A stretch of 39,076 nt of DNA from Candidatus Omnitrophota bacterium (GTDB lineage: Bacteria; Omnitrophota; Gorgyraeia; Zapsychrales; JBDRMG01), in assembly GCA_043812495.1 (NCBI GenBank), contig JBDRMG010000003.1:1-39076 (forward strand). The letters run 5' to 3'. The notes beneath the pieces were generated by a model, which was not told the origin of the DNA, did not search any database, and was given only the letters and a program-made list of their open reading frames with translations. Made by a program: the position numbers and the translations under genes. Every line of letters begins with the position of its first letter. Position 1 is the first letter of the stretch. Positions 18,024 to 27,700 of this stretch are shown here, in pieces.

Positions 18024-18458
18024 TCATTTCGTTAGCTGCCTAAGCATCTCTTGTTCTTTTGCGCGCATTTGATTCATGGCTCTTGGCGCGTGATCATCAA
18101 AGCCTAAAAGATGCAGGATGCCATGAATCACATAGAGGGTCAGCTCATTTTCTATCGTTGTTTTAAAAATGCTAGCATTGCGCTTGGCGGTATCCGTGGA
18201 GATAATAATTTCACCGTTCATAACTTTTCTTGATTTTTGAGACGGTTCCCTAAGGTCGAAAGCCAAAACATCGGTCGGACGGTTCTTTTTAAGGAATTTC
18301 TTATTCAGGGATTTGATTTTTTGATCGGTGACAAAAACAACCGAAAGGTGAGCGTGGGTGACGCGCTCTTTCTTAAGAATCTTTCTTAAGGTCCTTTGAA
18401 TCCGGTTGGGATTTAGGCGGATTTTTGTCTGGTGATTTGCGAAATAGACTTGAACCAT
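18024..18458 (-). CDS. ybeY: rRNA maturation endoribonuclease YbeY
   Basis: TDVLAF, GEIIIS, HGILHLLGFDD motifs. Confidence 0.93.
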   Translation of the reverse strand: MVQVYFANHQTKIRLNPNRIQRTLRKILKKERVTHAHLSVVFVTDQKIKSLNKKFLKKNRPTDVLAFDLREPSQKSRKVMNGEIIISTDTAKRNASIFKTTIENELTLYVIHGILHLLGFDDHAPRAMNQMRAKEQEMLRQLTK

Positions 18459-19806
18459 TTTTCTTGTCCGGATATTGAATGCGGGAATGATAGATGGCGC
18501 CCAAGCTGCGTGTAAATACAGCGCGGATTCTGTCGATATCCGTTAATGTCAGATTGGATTCATCCAGCTGTCCGTCAATAAATTTGTTATTGATGATCTT
18601 ACTCACGGCTTCCTCGATACGCGTGGCTGTCGGTTCGGGAAGCGCGCGCACAGCTCCTTCCACCGAATCCGCAAGCATAACAATGGCGGTTTCCCGGCTT
18701 TGGGGCTTGGGTCCGGGATAGCGAAAGTTGGCTTCATCGACTTTTTCGTTCTCAGGCGCGGATTCAACCGCTCTTTGATAAAAATAATAAATCAGGCCTG
18801 TCCCATGATGCTGGCGAATAAAATCCAAGATTTGTTCATTGATTTTATTCTTACGGCCGATTTCGATTCCTTCTTTTACGTGATTGAGAATCACCAAACG
18901 GCTGATGTTGGGCTCCAGGTTATCATGCTTGCTTCCTTCGAGCATCTGGTTTTCCGTGAAATATTCGGGTTTCTCGAGTTTTCCGATATCGTGGTAATAG
19001 GCACCCACACGCGCCAGAAGGGTATTGGCACCGATGGCATCGGCTGCGGACTCGGAAATGTTGCTGACAATCAGGCTGTGATGATAGGTCCCCGGGCACT
19101 CCAGGACCATACGCTTAAGAAGCGGTTGATTGAAATCCGATAATTCTAAAAGACTAAAATTGGTCACTACACCAAAAAGCCATTCAAATATTTTTAAGGT
19201 CGCTATGACCGCAAAGGCCGCAACGAGGCCATTGACAAAAAGCGGCCAGGCCGAAAGCTTAAGAAAGTTGTTGTTTCTGATGATGTCCAGCGAGGGATTC
19301 ATTAAAATGATGCACACAACTTGAATGAGGCCTACATAAAATCCGGACTTGATCAGTTCGCCGCGCGTGCGGGCATCTTTGCAGGCATAGGCGCCCATGA
19401 GACTTCCGGTAAAGAAAATCAGCATAAAATTCAGGTTTCCGCCGACCGTTAAGGCGACCAAAACACTTGAGGCGAAGGCCATCAATACCGCAAGCTGCAA
19501 ATCATTAAATAAAATAATCACCAACATGGCCACGGCGGCAATGGGAATATTCAATTCGGAAAGATCGGCAAATTCCGTAACGGCATAGGCCGTAAAAATG
19601 AGGGCAACAAGTAAAAGCCCACAATTCAAAAGAAGCCGAGGGCTGGCTTTTTTTAAGTAAAATAAATATATGCCAAGAAAAAGCATCAGCAAAGGAATAA
19701 TCATAGAAAAATTAGCCAGATAGCAAAAAAACACTATCAAGGCAACCACCAAGACAATCAGACCAATCTGATGCAGGGCCGGATTATTTTTTATTTGAAC
19801 TTTCAT
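18373..19806 (-). CDS. 7TM-HD (HDIG) phosphohydrolase, PgpH-like
   Basis: Multiple TM helices, then PGTYHHS, YYHDIGK, HHGT, RYPGPKP, MLADSVE; phoH-HD-ybeY synteny. Start taken at MKVQ. Confidence 0.88.
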   Translation of the reverse strand: MKVQIKNNPALHQIGLIVLVVALIVFFCYLANFSMIIPLLMLFLGIYLFYLKKASPRLLLNCGLLLVALIFTAYAVTEFADLSELNIPIAAVAMLVIILFNDLQLAVLMAFASSVLVALTVGGNLNFMLIFFTGSLMGAYACKDARTRGELIKSGFYVGLIQVVCIILMNPSLDIIRNNNFLKLSAWPLFVNGLVAAFAVIATLKIFEWLFGVVTNFSLLELSDFNQPLLKRMVLECPGTYHHSLIVSNISESAADAIGANTLLARVGAYYHDIGKLEKPEYFTENQMLEGSKHDNLEPNISRLVILNHVKEGIEIGRKNKINEQILDFIRQHHGTGLIYYFYQRAVESAPENEKVDEANFRYPGPKPQSRETAIVMLADSVEGAVRALPEPTATRIEEAVSKIINNKFIDGQLDESNLTLTDIDRIRAVFTRSLGAIYHSRIQYPDKKNGSSLFRKSPDKNPPKSQPDSKDLKKDS

Positions 19807-20758
19807 AGGCTTCGATGATTTGCTGGACGAGTTCATGGCGGACCACATCCTCGCCCGTCAGGTAAGCGAACTTGATTCCTTCGATGTCCTTTAAAATTTC
19901 CTGGGCTTGAATCAAGCCGGTCGGCTTTCCTTCCGGCAAATCGCTTTGCGTGACATCGCCGGTGATCACGGTCTTGGAATCAAATCCAAGGCGCGTTAGA
20001 AACATCTTCATCTGTTCCGAGGTGCAATTTTGCGCCTCATCGAGAATGACAAAAGCGTCGTTGAGGGTGCGACCGCGCATATACGCTAAAGGGGCGACTT
20101 CGATAATGCCCTTTTCTTTGTAATGCTCGGCTTTTTCCGCGTCAATCATATCGTAGAGGGCGTCGTAAGCGGGCCGAAGATACGGAGAAACTTTTTCAAT
20201 CATATCGCCGGGCAAGAACCCTAAGCTCTCACCCGCCTCAAGCGCCGGACGCGCCAGAATAATACGGCGCACCAAACCTTTTTGAAGGGCGTTGACGGCC
20301 ATGGCGACCGCAAGATAGGTCTTTCCCGTACCGGCAGGTCCGATGCCAAAAACAATATCGTAATGCTTGATGGCTTCGATGTATTCGATCTGACCCTTTG
20401 TTTTGGGTGTGATCAGAGCGCCCTTGGCCGCGACATGAATTTTTTCTTTGGACAGGCGTTTAAAGTCTATGCCTTTATCTTTGTCAAAAAGACGCAGGGC
20501 ATAAATAATGTCTCGTGTTTTAACATCCTTACCGGCTTCCACAATGCCTAGCAGGTATTCCAAAAGTTCGTTGGCCTTTTGAGTTTTGTCTTTGGAACCG
20601 TCGATGTGAAGACCATTTTTGTGGCGGGAAATTTTGACTCCCAACTCCTTTTCGATCAATTTAAGGTTAACATCATATTTCCCGAAAAGAAGCTGAAGGT
20701 CGTCATTGTCGTCTAACTTAAAAAAAACTTCAATGTGATCGTCAAGCGGTTTATTCAA
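19784..20758 (-). CDS. phoH: PhoH family ATPase (YbeZ/PhoH-like)
   Basis: GPAGTGKT, RPALEAGESLGFLPG, YMRGRTL, DEAQN, GDVTQSDL, VVRH. Confidence 0.95.
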   Translation of the reverse strand: MNKPLDDHIEVFFKLDDNDDLQLLFGKYDVNLKLIEKELGVKISRHKNGLHIDGSKDKTQKANELLEYLLGIVEAGKDVKTRDIIYALRLFDKDKGIDFKRLSKEKIHVAAKGALITPKTKGQIEYIEAIKHYDIVFGIGPAGTGKTYLAVAMAVNALQKGLVRRIILARPALEAGESLGFLPGDMIEKVSPYLRPAYDALYDMIDAEKAEHYKEKGIIEVAPLAYMRGRTLNDAFVILDEAQNCTSEQMKMFLTRLGFDSKTVITGDVTQSDLPEGKPTGLIQAQEILKDIEGIKFAYLTGEDVVRHELVQQIIEAYESSNKK

Positions 20759-21305
20759 GAGGGATCCTCAACACCATACCCGGCTTGATACGATTGGGGT
20801 CTTTGATGACATCTTTGTTGGCATCATAAATTTTCTGCCATTTTTTGTTGGTATTGAAGAACTGCATGGAAATTTTCTGCAGCGTATCGCCTTTTTGAAC
20901 AGTATAATTTTGAACGCCGGTTGGTTGTTTTTCCTTAGAAGCCGGCTTTTTCTTGGTCGGCGGTTCGGTTTGCCTCATTTGTCTTTCGGCCGTGTGTTTT
21001 TTGGCTTCTAAGTCTTGACGAGCATCTTCAATCCCCTGCTCTGTCTCATTAATCATCTGTTCGATTTTGCGGTCTTCCTTGGCGGAGCCTTTGGATTGAA
21101 ATTCCAAGACATAAACCTTTCTTGTGTCTTTAGAGCCACTGCGGTCTTTGACCTCGGCAGGCGGTGTTCCCCCAAGATAACCGGCATTACCCGCTACATC
21201 CTGGTCCACTCTGTCTTTTCTTTGGGAATACGTGCGCACCGCGCAACCCGCTACAGAGATGATAAAGATGAAACAAATTAAACTTGCTAAGATCCTTCTA
21301 CTCAT
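20751..21305 (-). CDS. LysM domain lipoprotein
   Basis: Lipobox VAGC; C-terminal YTVQKGDTLQKIS...IYDAN..IKPGMVLRIP. Confidence 0.9.
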   Translation of the reverse strand: MSRRILASLICFIFIISVAGCAVRTYSQRKDRVDQDVAGNAGYLGGTPPAEVKDRSGSKDTRKVYVLEFQSKGSAKEDRKIEQMINETEQGIEDARQDLEAKKHTAERQMRQTEPPTKKKPASKEKQPTGVQNYTVQKGDTLQKISMQFFNTNKKWQKIYDANKDVIKDPNRIKPGMVLRIPLE

Positions 21306-21329
21306 TTTAACCCTCCTTCAATGAACACG

Positions 21330-21417
21330 TGATTTATGGAACGAAGTGTCCGCCAATTGCATTGATGCAATTGACGAGATCTCGTCAAAATCTTTGATTT
21401 TGACGGAACATAAATCA
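21330..21417. repeat. Double-hairpin element, family B, copy 2
   Basis: Basal stem TGATTTATG/CATAAATCA encloses CAATTGCAT-tg-ATGCAATTG and CGTCAAAATC-ttt-GATTTTGACG, joined by GAGATCTC. Confidence 0.85.
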
Positions 21418-21434
21418 TTATGTGAATTAAGTTA

Positions 21435-21535
21435 GACAACAACTTGCCTTTCCGCCAATTCGACTTTGTCGAATTGGCGAGACCTCGGCAAATTTCATTA
21501 AAATTTGGCGGGCACTTCGTTCTTCAAGTTGTGTC
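21435..21535. repeat. Double-hairpin element, family B, copy 3 (inverted relative to copy 2)
   Basis: CGCCAATTCGAC-ttt-GTCGAATTGGCG, GAGACCTC, CAAATTT..AAATTTG; CACTTCGTTC is the reverse complement of GAACGAAGTG in copy 2. Confidence 0.82.
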
Positions 21536-21538
21536 CTC

Positions 21539-22933
21539 CTAAGACCTCCCTTTTCTAAGGGGAACTATCCCCAAATCTTTCAATTGCTGCGCATCCACGC
21601 CTGACGGCGCATCGGTCATAAGACAATTTGCTCTTTGCGTTTTTGGAAAAGCGATCGTGTCGCGAATCGAATCCAATCCTGTCAGGAGTGCAACCAATCG
21701 ATCGATCCCGAACGCAATGCCTCCGTGAGGTGGTGCCCCATATTTAAACGCCTTTAAAAGGAAGCCAAATCTCTTTTCGGCTTCCTGTTCATCTAAACCA
21801 ATTATATCAAATATTTTCTGTTGCATATCTTTTTTATGAATACGAATGGAACCTGACCCTAATTCATGACCATTGAGCACAAGGTCATACGAGCGGGCGC
21901 GCATCTTGCCGAATTCTTTTTTATCCAGATACCTCAAGTCTTCTTCTTTGATGGATGTAAAGGGATGATGTTCGCTATCCCAGCGTTTTTCTTCTGCGTT
22001 ATATTTCAGAAGCGGAAAGTCAACGATCCAGGCAAGCGAAAACTCCTCATCGGCCTTTCGCAGATCAGGCTTATCTGATTTGTATTTCGCCATAGCCTCA
22101 GCGTGCGTTAAGCGGGCAAAAGGCGTGGGAATATCGATACCCTTAATCTCCTTGAAAATCATTTTGAAAATCTTCTCACTTAAAGCAAAAATATCCTCTT
22201 CTGTCACAAAAGACATCTCAATATCCAGTTGGGTAAATTCCGGCTGCCGGTCGGCCCGCAGGTCCTCATCGCGAAAGCATTTGACGATCTGAAAATATTT
22301 GTCCAGGCCACCCACCATCATGATCTGCTTGAATAATTGCGGGGACTGCGGAAGGGCATAAAATTTTCCCTGATTAATGCGCGACGGCACAAGAAAATCC
22401 CGAGCGCCTTCGGGTGTGGATTTTGTCAACACGGGTGTTTCGACTTCCAGAAATCCTTCATCATTTAACAGATTTCGGATCAAAAGGCATAGCCTATGTC
22501 GAGTGATCAGGGTTTGGGAAAGTTTTGGACGCCGCAAGTCCAGATAACGGTATCCTAAGCGTAATTCCTCGGACACCTCGGCCTGATCATCAATCTCAAA
22601 AACAGGAACTTCGCTGGGATTAAGAATGTCAAGCTTTTCGGCACAGAGCTCTATCTCTCCGGTGGTGATATTCGGATTGACCATTTTCGCAGGCCGCGTA
22701 TTGACTGTTCCGGTGACGGAAATCACAAATTCCGGTCCTAATTTTTGGGCCGCATCATGGGTCTCTTTGCTCACAGAAGGAACAAAGACCACTTGGGTTA
22801 GGCCATAGCGATCGCGGATATCGATAAATATTAATTTTCCGTGATCACGGCGGGCATGCACCCAGCCGCAAAGCGTCACCTTTTGATCTTTATGCTCTTT
22901 CCTAAGTTCGTTGCAGGTGTGCGTGCGTATCAT
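21539..22933 (-). CDS. aspS: Aspartate--tRNA ligase, bacterial type lacking the GAD insertion domain
   Basis: RTHTC, RRDHG, YRYLDLRR, TPEGARDF, LPQSPQ, FRDEDLRADRQPEFTQ, HHPFT, GGIAFGIDR; only 464 aa. Confidence 0.96.
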   Translation of the reverse strand: MIRTHTCNELRKEHKDQKVTLCGWVHARRDHGKLIFIDIRDRYGLTQVVFVPSVSKETHDAAQKLGPEFVISVTGTVNTRPAKMVNPNITTGEIELCAEKLDILNPSEVPVFEIDDQAEVSEELRLGYRYLDLRRPKLSQTLITRHRLCLLIRNLLNDEGFLEVETPVLTKSTPEGARDFLVPSRINQGKFYALPQSPQLFKQIMMVGGLDKYFQIVKCFRDEDLRADRQPEFTQLDIEMSFVTEEDIFALSEKIFKMIFKEIKGIDIPTPFARLTHAEAMAKYKSDKPDLRKADEEFSLAWIVDFPLLKYNAEEKRWDSEHHPFTSIKEEDLRYLDKKEFGKMRARSYDLVLNGHELGSGSIRIHKKDMQQKIFDIIGLDEQEAEKRFGFLLKAFKYGAPPHGGIAFGIDRLVALLTGLDSIRDTIAFPKTQRANCLMTDAPSGVDAQQLKDLGIVPLRKGRS

Positions 22934-24186
22934 AATTTTCCCCGTAGAACTTCAATGATTTTCTCTTGCGCAACCTTCTGTTGCTCTCCTGTTTTCATAT
23001 CCTTGAGAGCAATCTCCTTATTCTTTATTTCGTCTTCACCCAAAATCAAAACAAACTTGGCTTTGGATTTATCGGCTGCGCGCATTTGGCTTTTCATAGA
23101 TCCGCTGCGATAATTGATATCACTTCTGATACTTTTTTCGCGAAGAGCATTGAGTAGACCAAAAGCTTCCGCTAACGAAGCTTCATTCAAGGCAATAAGA
23201 TAGACATCTAATGATTCCTGATTCTTGACCTCGCTTTGGCCTAAAGCGAGAATGATTCGTTCAATACCGAGCGCAAAACCAATAGCATCCACGTCCGGCC
23301 CGCCTAATTGACTGACTAGATTTTCATAGCGACCGCCAGCCCCTAGCGCGTCCTGCGCCCCTAAGGATTCGCTCGTAATCTCAAAAACCGTATCCGTGTA
23401 ATAATCCAGGCCTCTGACCAAATGCGGGGAAACATGATAAACAATTCCAAGATCGCTCAATGCCTTTTTCAATTGGGCAAAATAATTGCGGCTTTCTTCG
23501 CAAAGATACGCATCATCGATTTTACACTGTTGAATTACGGTTTTGCATTTTTTGTTTTTGCAGTCGAGGATGCGCAGGGCATTGCGCTCAAACCGTTCTT
23601 GGCAATCCTCACATAAATTGTCCATTTCGGGTTTGAGAAGAACCCGAAGTTTTTTGGAAAAATTTTCTTTGTCTTTTTGAGATCCTAAAGTATTGATGTT
23701 TAGAACAAAATCCTTTAATCCGAACTCTTTGAGTATATTTATGCTTAAGGTAATAACCTCGGCATCCAAATAGGGCGAACGGCTGTTGGGGCCGATGGCC
23801 TCCGCCCCTATTTGATGAAACTGGCGGTACCGCCCTTTTTGCGGCCGTTCACCGCGAAACATCTCACCGATATAATAAAGCTTGGTTAATTGCTCCTTTT
23901 GATCCAGATTGTTCTCGATATAGGAGCGAACGACTGAAGCTGTTCCTTCGGGCCGCAAAGACAAGCCTTCTTTCTCAAGATTTAGCATTTGTTTCTGAAC
24001 GATATCTGAGGTCTGCCCGAGGGATCTTGAAAAAAGAGCAGTCTGTTCAAAAGCAGGTGTGCGGATTTCCTGATAATTATAAGTCTTGAAAATTTTACGC
24101 GCCTTGCTTTCCAGTGTTTGCCATAAACCTATCTCTTCCGACAAAATATCGCGCGTGCCTCTAGGGATAGCTATTTTTTGTTTCAT
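22930..24186 (-). CDS. hisS: Histidine--tRNA ligase
   Basis: PRGTRD, LRPEGTA, FRGERPQKGRYRQFHQ, LVRGLDYY, GGRY. Confidence 0.97.
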   Translation of the reverse strand: MKQKIAIPRGTRDILSEEIGLWQTLESKARKIFKTYNYQEIRTPAFEQTALFSRSLGQTSDIVQKQMLNLEKEGLSLRPEGTASVVRSYIENNLDQKEQLTKLYYIGEMFRGERPQKGRYRQFHQIGAEAIGPNSRSPYLDAEVITLSINILKEFGLKDFVLNINTLGSQKDKENFSKKLRVLLKPEMDNLCEDCQERFERNALRILDCKNKKCKTVIQQCKIDDAYLCEESRNYFAQLKKALSDLGIVYHVSPHLVRGLDYYTDTVFEITSESLGAQDALGAGGRYENLVSQLGGPDVDAIGFALGIERIILALGQSEVKNQESLDVYLIALNEASLAEAFGLLNALREKSIRSDINYRSGSMKSQMRAADKSKAKFVLILGEDEIKNKEIALKDMKTGEQQKVAQEKIIEVLRGKL

Positions 24187-24197
24187 AAGAAATTCTT

Positions 24198-24231
24198 AAG
24201 GGCGGAGAATAAAGTGAAATTCTCCGCCCTT
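24198..24231. terminator. Hairpin between the HU gene and hisS (probable terminator)
   Basis: AAGGGCGGAGAAT-N8-ATTCTCCGCCCTT perfect 13-bp stem. Confidence 0.6.
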
Positions 24232-24288
24232 TGATTTATGATGAAAAGATATTAATCGTAATTTTGTAACCTACAGCCCATCAAATGG

Positions 24289-24561
24289 TTATCTGATTTT
24301 CTGTTTCATTTCAAGGCCGGGTTTGAAAACAACAACTTTTCTCGGAGGTACGGGCACGCTTTCGCCTGTGCGGGGGTTTCGGCCAAATCGCGCTCGTCTT
24401 TCTTTAATTTTGAAGACGCCGAAATTGCGTAGCTCGACCTTTTCCGACCGAATCAAGCTATCGACGATCACATCAAAGGTTTTTTGGACAACCTTTTTTA
24501 CGTCAACCTGCTTGATGCCAGTCATATCGGTTATTTTTAATACGATATCTTTTTTGGTCAT
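24289..24561 (-). CDS. HU/IHF family DNA-binding protein
   Basis: MTKKD, VELRNFGVF, GRNPRTGE, FKPG; RBS AGGAGG before ATG 24561. Confidence 0.95.
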   Translation of the reverse strand: MTKKDIVLKITDMTGIKQVDVKKVVQKTFDVIVDSLIRSEKVELRNFGVFKIKERRARFGRNPRTGESVPVPPRKVVVFKPGLEMKQKIR

Positions 24562-24725
24562 CGAATCCACCTCCTAGCACCTTGTGACTTAAATTGATCT
24601 ATATGGATTTATGGTCACTCGGTACAGTGCCGAGTAATAAAATTGAATAATGTTTAAGAGCATTGTGGAGTAGTGCCGAGTGTCTCTCTCTGATTATTGT
24701 CTGACACGAGGCACTAGTCCTAAGT

Positions 24726-24754
24726 ATAGTACCAACAAGAACTTACAGTGTCAA
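24726..24754 (-). promoter_or_regulatory. Sigma70-type promoter for the HU gene
   Basis: TTGACA-N17-TACTAT on the minus strand. Confidence 0.65.
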
Positions 24755-24792
24755 GAAAAAGTTTTGGATCGCTGATACTGAAAAAAGTAATG

Positions 24793-27700
24793 CTAAAGAG
24801 TCAGAGAAAAGTTTTCTGAGCCGACAATGTCTTTGAGCTCTTCGATGAAGAATTCGGTAGGATTAACATAAAGATCTTCGCCGACAAGGATTTGGACGCT
24901 TTTGTGGCTATTGGTATTGAGGCGAAGGTAAACCGGAATAGCGCCCGGGAATTGAGATAATTTCTCTTTCAAGTCGCTTAATCCTTTTTCATTAACGGTT
25001 GAAAGATCAACATTTATCGATTTAACGGATTTATACGCTTCATCGATGGGAATAATATCACTCGCGATGATTTTAGGGGCTTCATCGCGAAAACTCACGC
25101 GTCCTTTCAAAAGAATGACGGCGCCTTCTTTGAGGCGATTAGCGACCGTAGGGTAAGTCGAAGGAAAGACAACCACTTCGACTTGTCCGTCCGTATCTTC
25201 AACTTTTAATATGGCCATACGTTCGCTTGTTCTTTTAGTGGTAGTCAATTTAACGGTATTCAAAAGACCGACAAGCCTGATTTCCTGACCATCAACGGCT
25301 TTGATCAAATCCCGTATCGGAAAATCTGTAAATTCTTTTATCTCAACACGATAACGTGTTAAAGGATGACCGCTTAAATAAAAACCCAAAAGTTCTTTTT
25401 CATACGTTAAAATCTGCGCCTGGGGCCATTCTTTGATGTCAGGTATTTCTTCAACCTTTTCGCGGAAATTTTCGCTGCCCGCCATTTCATAAAATGAAAT
25501 TTGACCACTGGCTTTTTCCCTCTGGGTTTTTGACCCCATGTCCAAAGCCCGATCCAGGATGGCCATCATCTGCGAACGGTGAATCCCGATAAAATCAAAA
25601 GCGCCGCATTTGATAAGACTTTCCAGGACCTTGTGATTCGCAAGCCTCAAATCCACGCGTTCGCAGAGATTGAATAAAGACGTATAGAGGCCGTTCTTGC
25701 GCTCGGCCACGATGGATTCGATGGCACTGCTGCCCACATTTTTGACCGCCAAAAGACCGTAGCGAATTGTCTTTTCGTTGATAACATTAAACTCCTCGAT
25801 GCTTTCATTCATATCCGGCGGTAGAACTTTTATGCCCATGGCCTCGGCTTCTTTGATATACTCCACAACCTTGTCGGTGTTGTCTCTTTCGCACGTCAAA
25901 AGCGCGGCCATAAATTCAACCGGATAATTGGCCTTCAAATAGGCCGTACGATAAGAAATCAGAGCATACGCCGCAGAATGACTCCGGTTAAAACCATACC
26001 CTGAGAAATAATCAATAAGGTCAAACAATTTATTCCCAAGGCCTTCGTGGATCTTGCTTGTTTTCTGACAGCCGAGAACAAAATCCTTGCGGTTGCGCTC
26101 CATGACCGCGGGAATCTTTTTGCTCATTGCCCGACGTAAATGATCGGCTTGCGTCAGGGTAAAACCGGCTAGCTCGCTTGCGATCTGCATAACCTGCTCT
26201 TGAAAAATGATGATGCCGTATGTTTCCTTCAAAATCGTTTGGAGTTTCGGGTGATCATAGCGGACCTCGACTTCGCCTTTCTTTCGCCGGATATAATCGT
26301 CTAACATACCGCTTCCGATAGGACCGGGCCTATACAAGGCTAATATGGAAATCAAATCCTCAAATTGCGAGGGTTTGATCCTTTTGAGTAATTCGCGCAT
26401 CCCTGAACTTTCAAGCTGAAAAACACCGTAACTAAGAGCGTTTCCCAGCAAATCATACGTCTTGGAGTTATCTAAAGGAATTTCGTTAATGTCGATATCG
26501 ATTTGATGCGTTCTTTTGATGAGTTTAATAGATTTGTCGATCACCGTGAGATTGCGCAAACCAAGAAAATCCATCTTCAGAAGACCGATTTTGGCGATCC
26601 CGTCCATGGAAAAACCTGTTGTGATCTGATCATCACTCGTCTTAAAAAGCGGGACGTACTCGGTGAGCGGTTTGTCCGAAATAACAACACCACCAGCCGC
26701 GTGAATAGAAGCATGGCGCGTGAGGCCCTCGAGGACGCTCGCGGTTTCCATGATCTTGGCAGCTCTCTCATCTTCCTGACACAATTTCTTTAATTGAGGT
26801 TCGATTTTAATAGCCTCTTGAATATGGATATTGGGATCAGGGGGAATTAGTTTTGCGATTTTGTCAACGTCGCCGTAAGGAACGCCCATGACGCGCCCGA
26901 CATCCCGGATGGCCGCGCGCGCCTGCATGGTTCCGAAGGTAATGATCTGGGCAACATTGTCCTTGCCGTATTTGTTGGTGACATATTCGATCACTTCGTT
27001 GCGGCGTTCATAGCAAAAGTCAATGTCGATATCCGGCATCCCGAGCCGTTCCGGATTTAGAAATCGTTCAAATAGCAAACCATAGCGCAAAGGATCCAAG
27101 TCCGTAATCCCCAAAAGATAACTCACAAGACTTCCTGCCGCAGATCCGCGGCCAGGCCCGACGGGAATACCATTTTGCTTGGCATAATGAATAAAATCCC
27201 AGACAATAAGAAAATAACTGACAAATCCCATTTTCTTGATAACCGCTAATTCATGTTCTAAGCGATCTTTGATTTCATCTGTCAAGAGGGGATAGCGTTT
27301 TTTCACGCCCTCATAGCACAGTTCAGTCAGATAATCTTCCTTGTTTTCTCCGCCGGGCGGGATGTACCGAGGTAAGTGAATCTGAGAAAAATCTAATTCA
27401 AGATTACATTTTTCCGCAATTTCCACAGTGTTCTGGATGGCCTCGGGACAATAAGCAAAAATCTTTTTCATCTCTTCGGGAGATTTAAAATAAAATTCGT
27501 CGGTCGAAAGCCGCATATGATTCGGATCATCCAATGTTGTTTGAGTTTGAATACACAAAAGGGCTTCATGGGCAGCGGCCTGAGAACGTTCAAGATAATG
27601 CACGTCATTGGTCGCAACGACGGGAATTTTCAAATCCTGACTAACTTTAAGAAGTTCCTGATTGGCCTTCTTCTGCTCCGGAATCTCATTATCGATTAAC

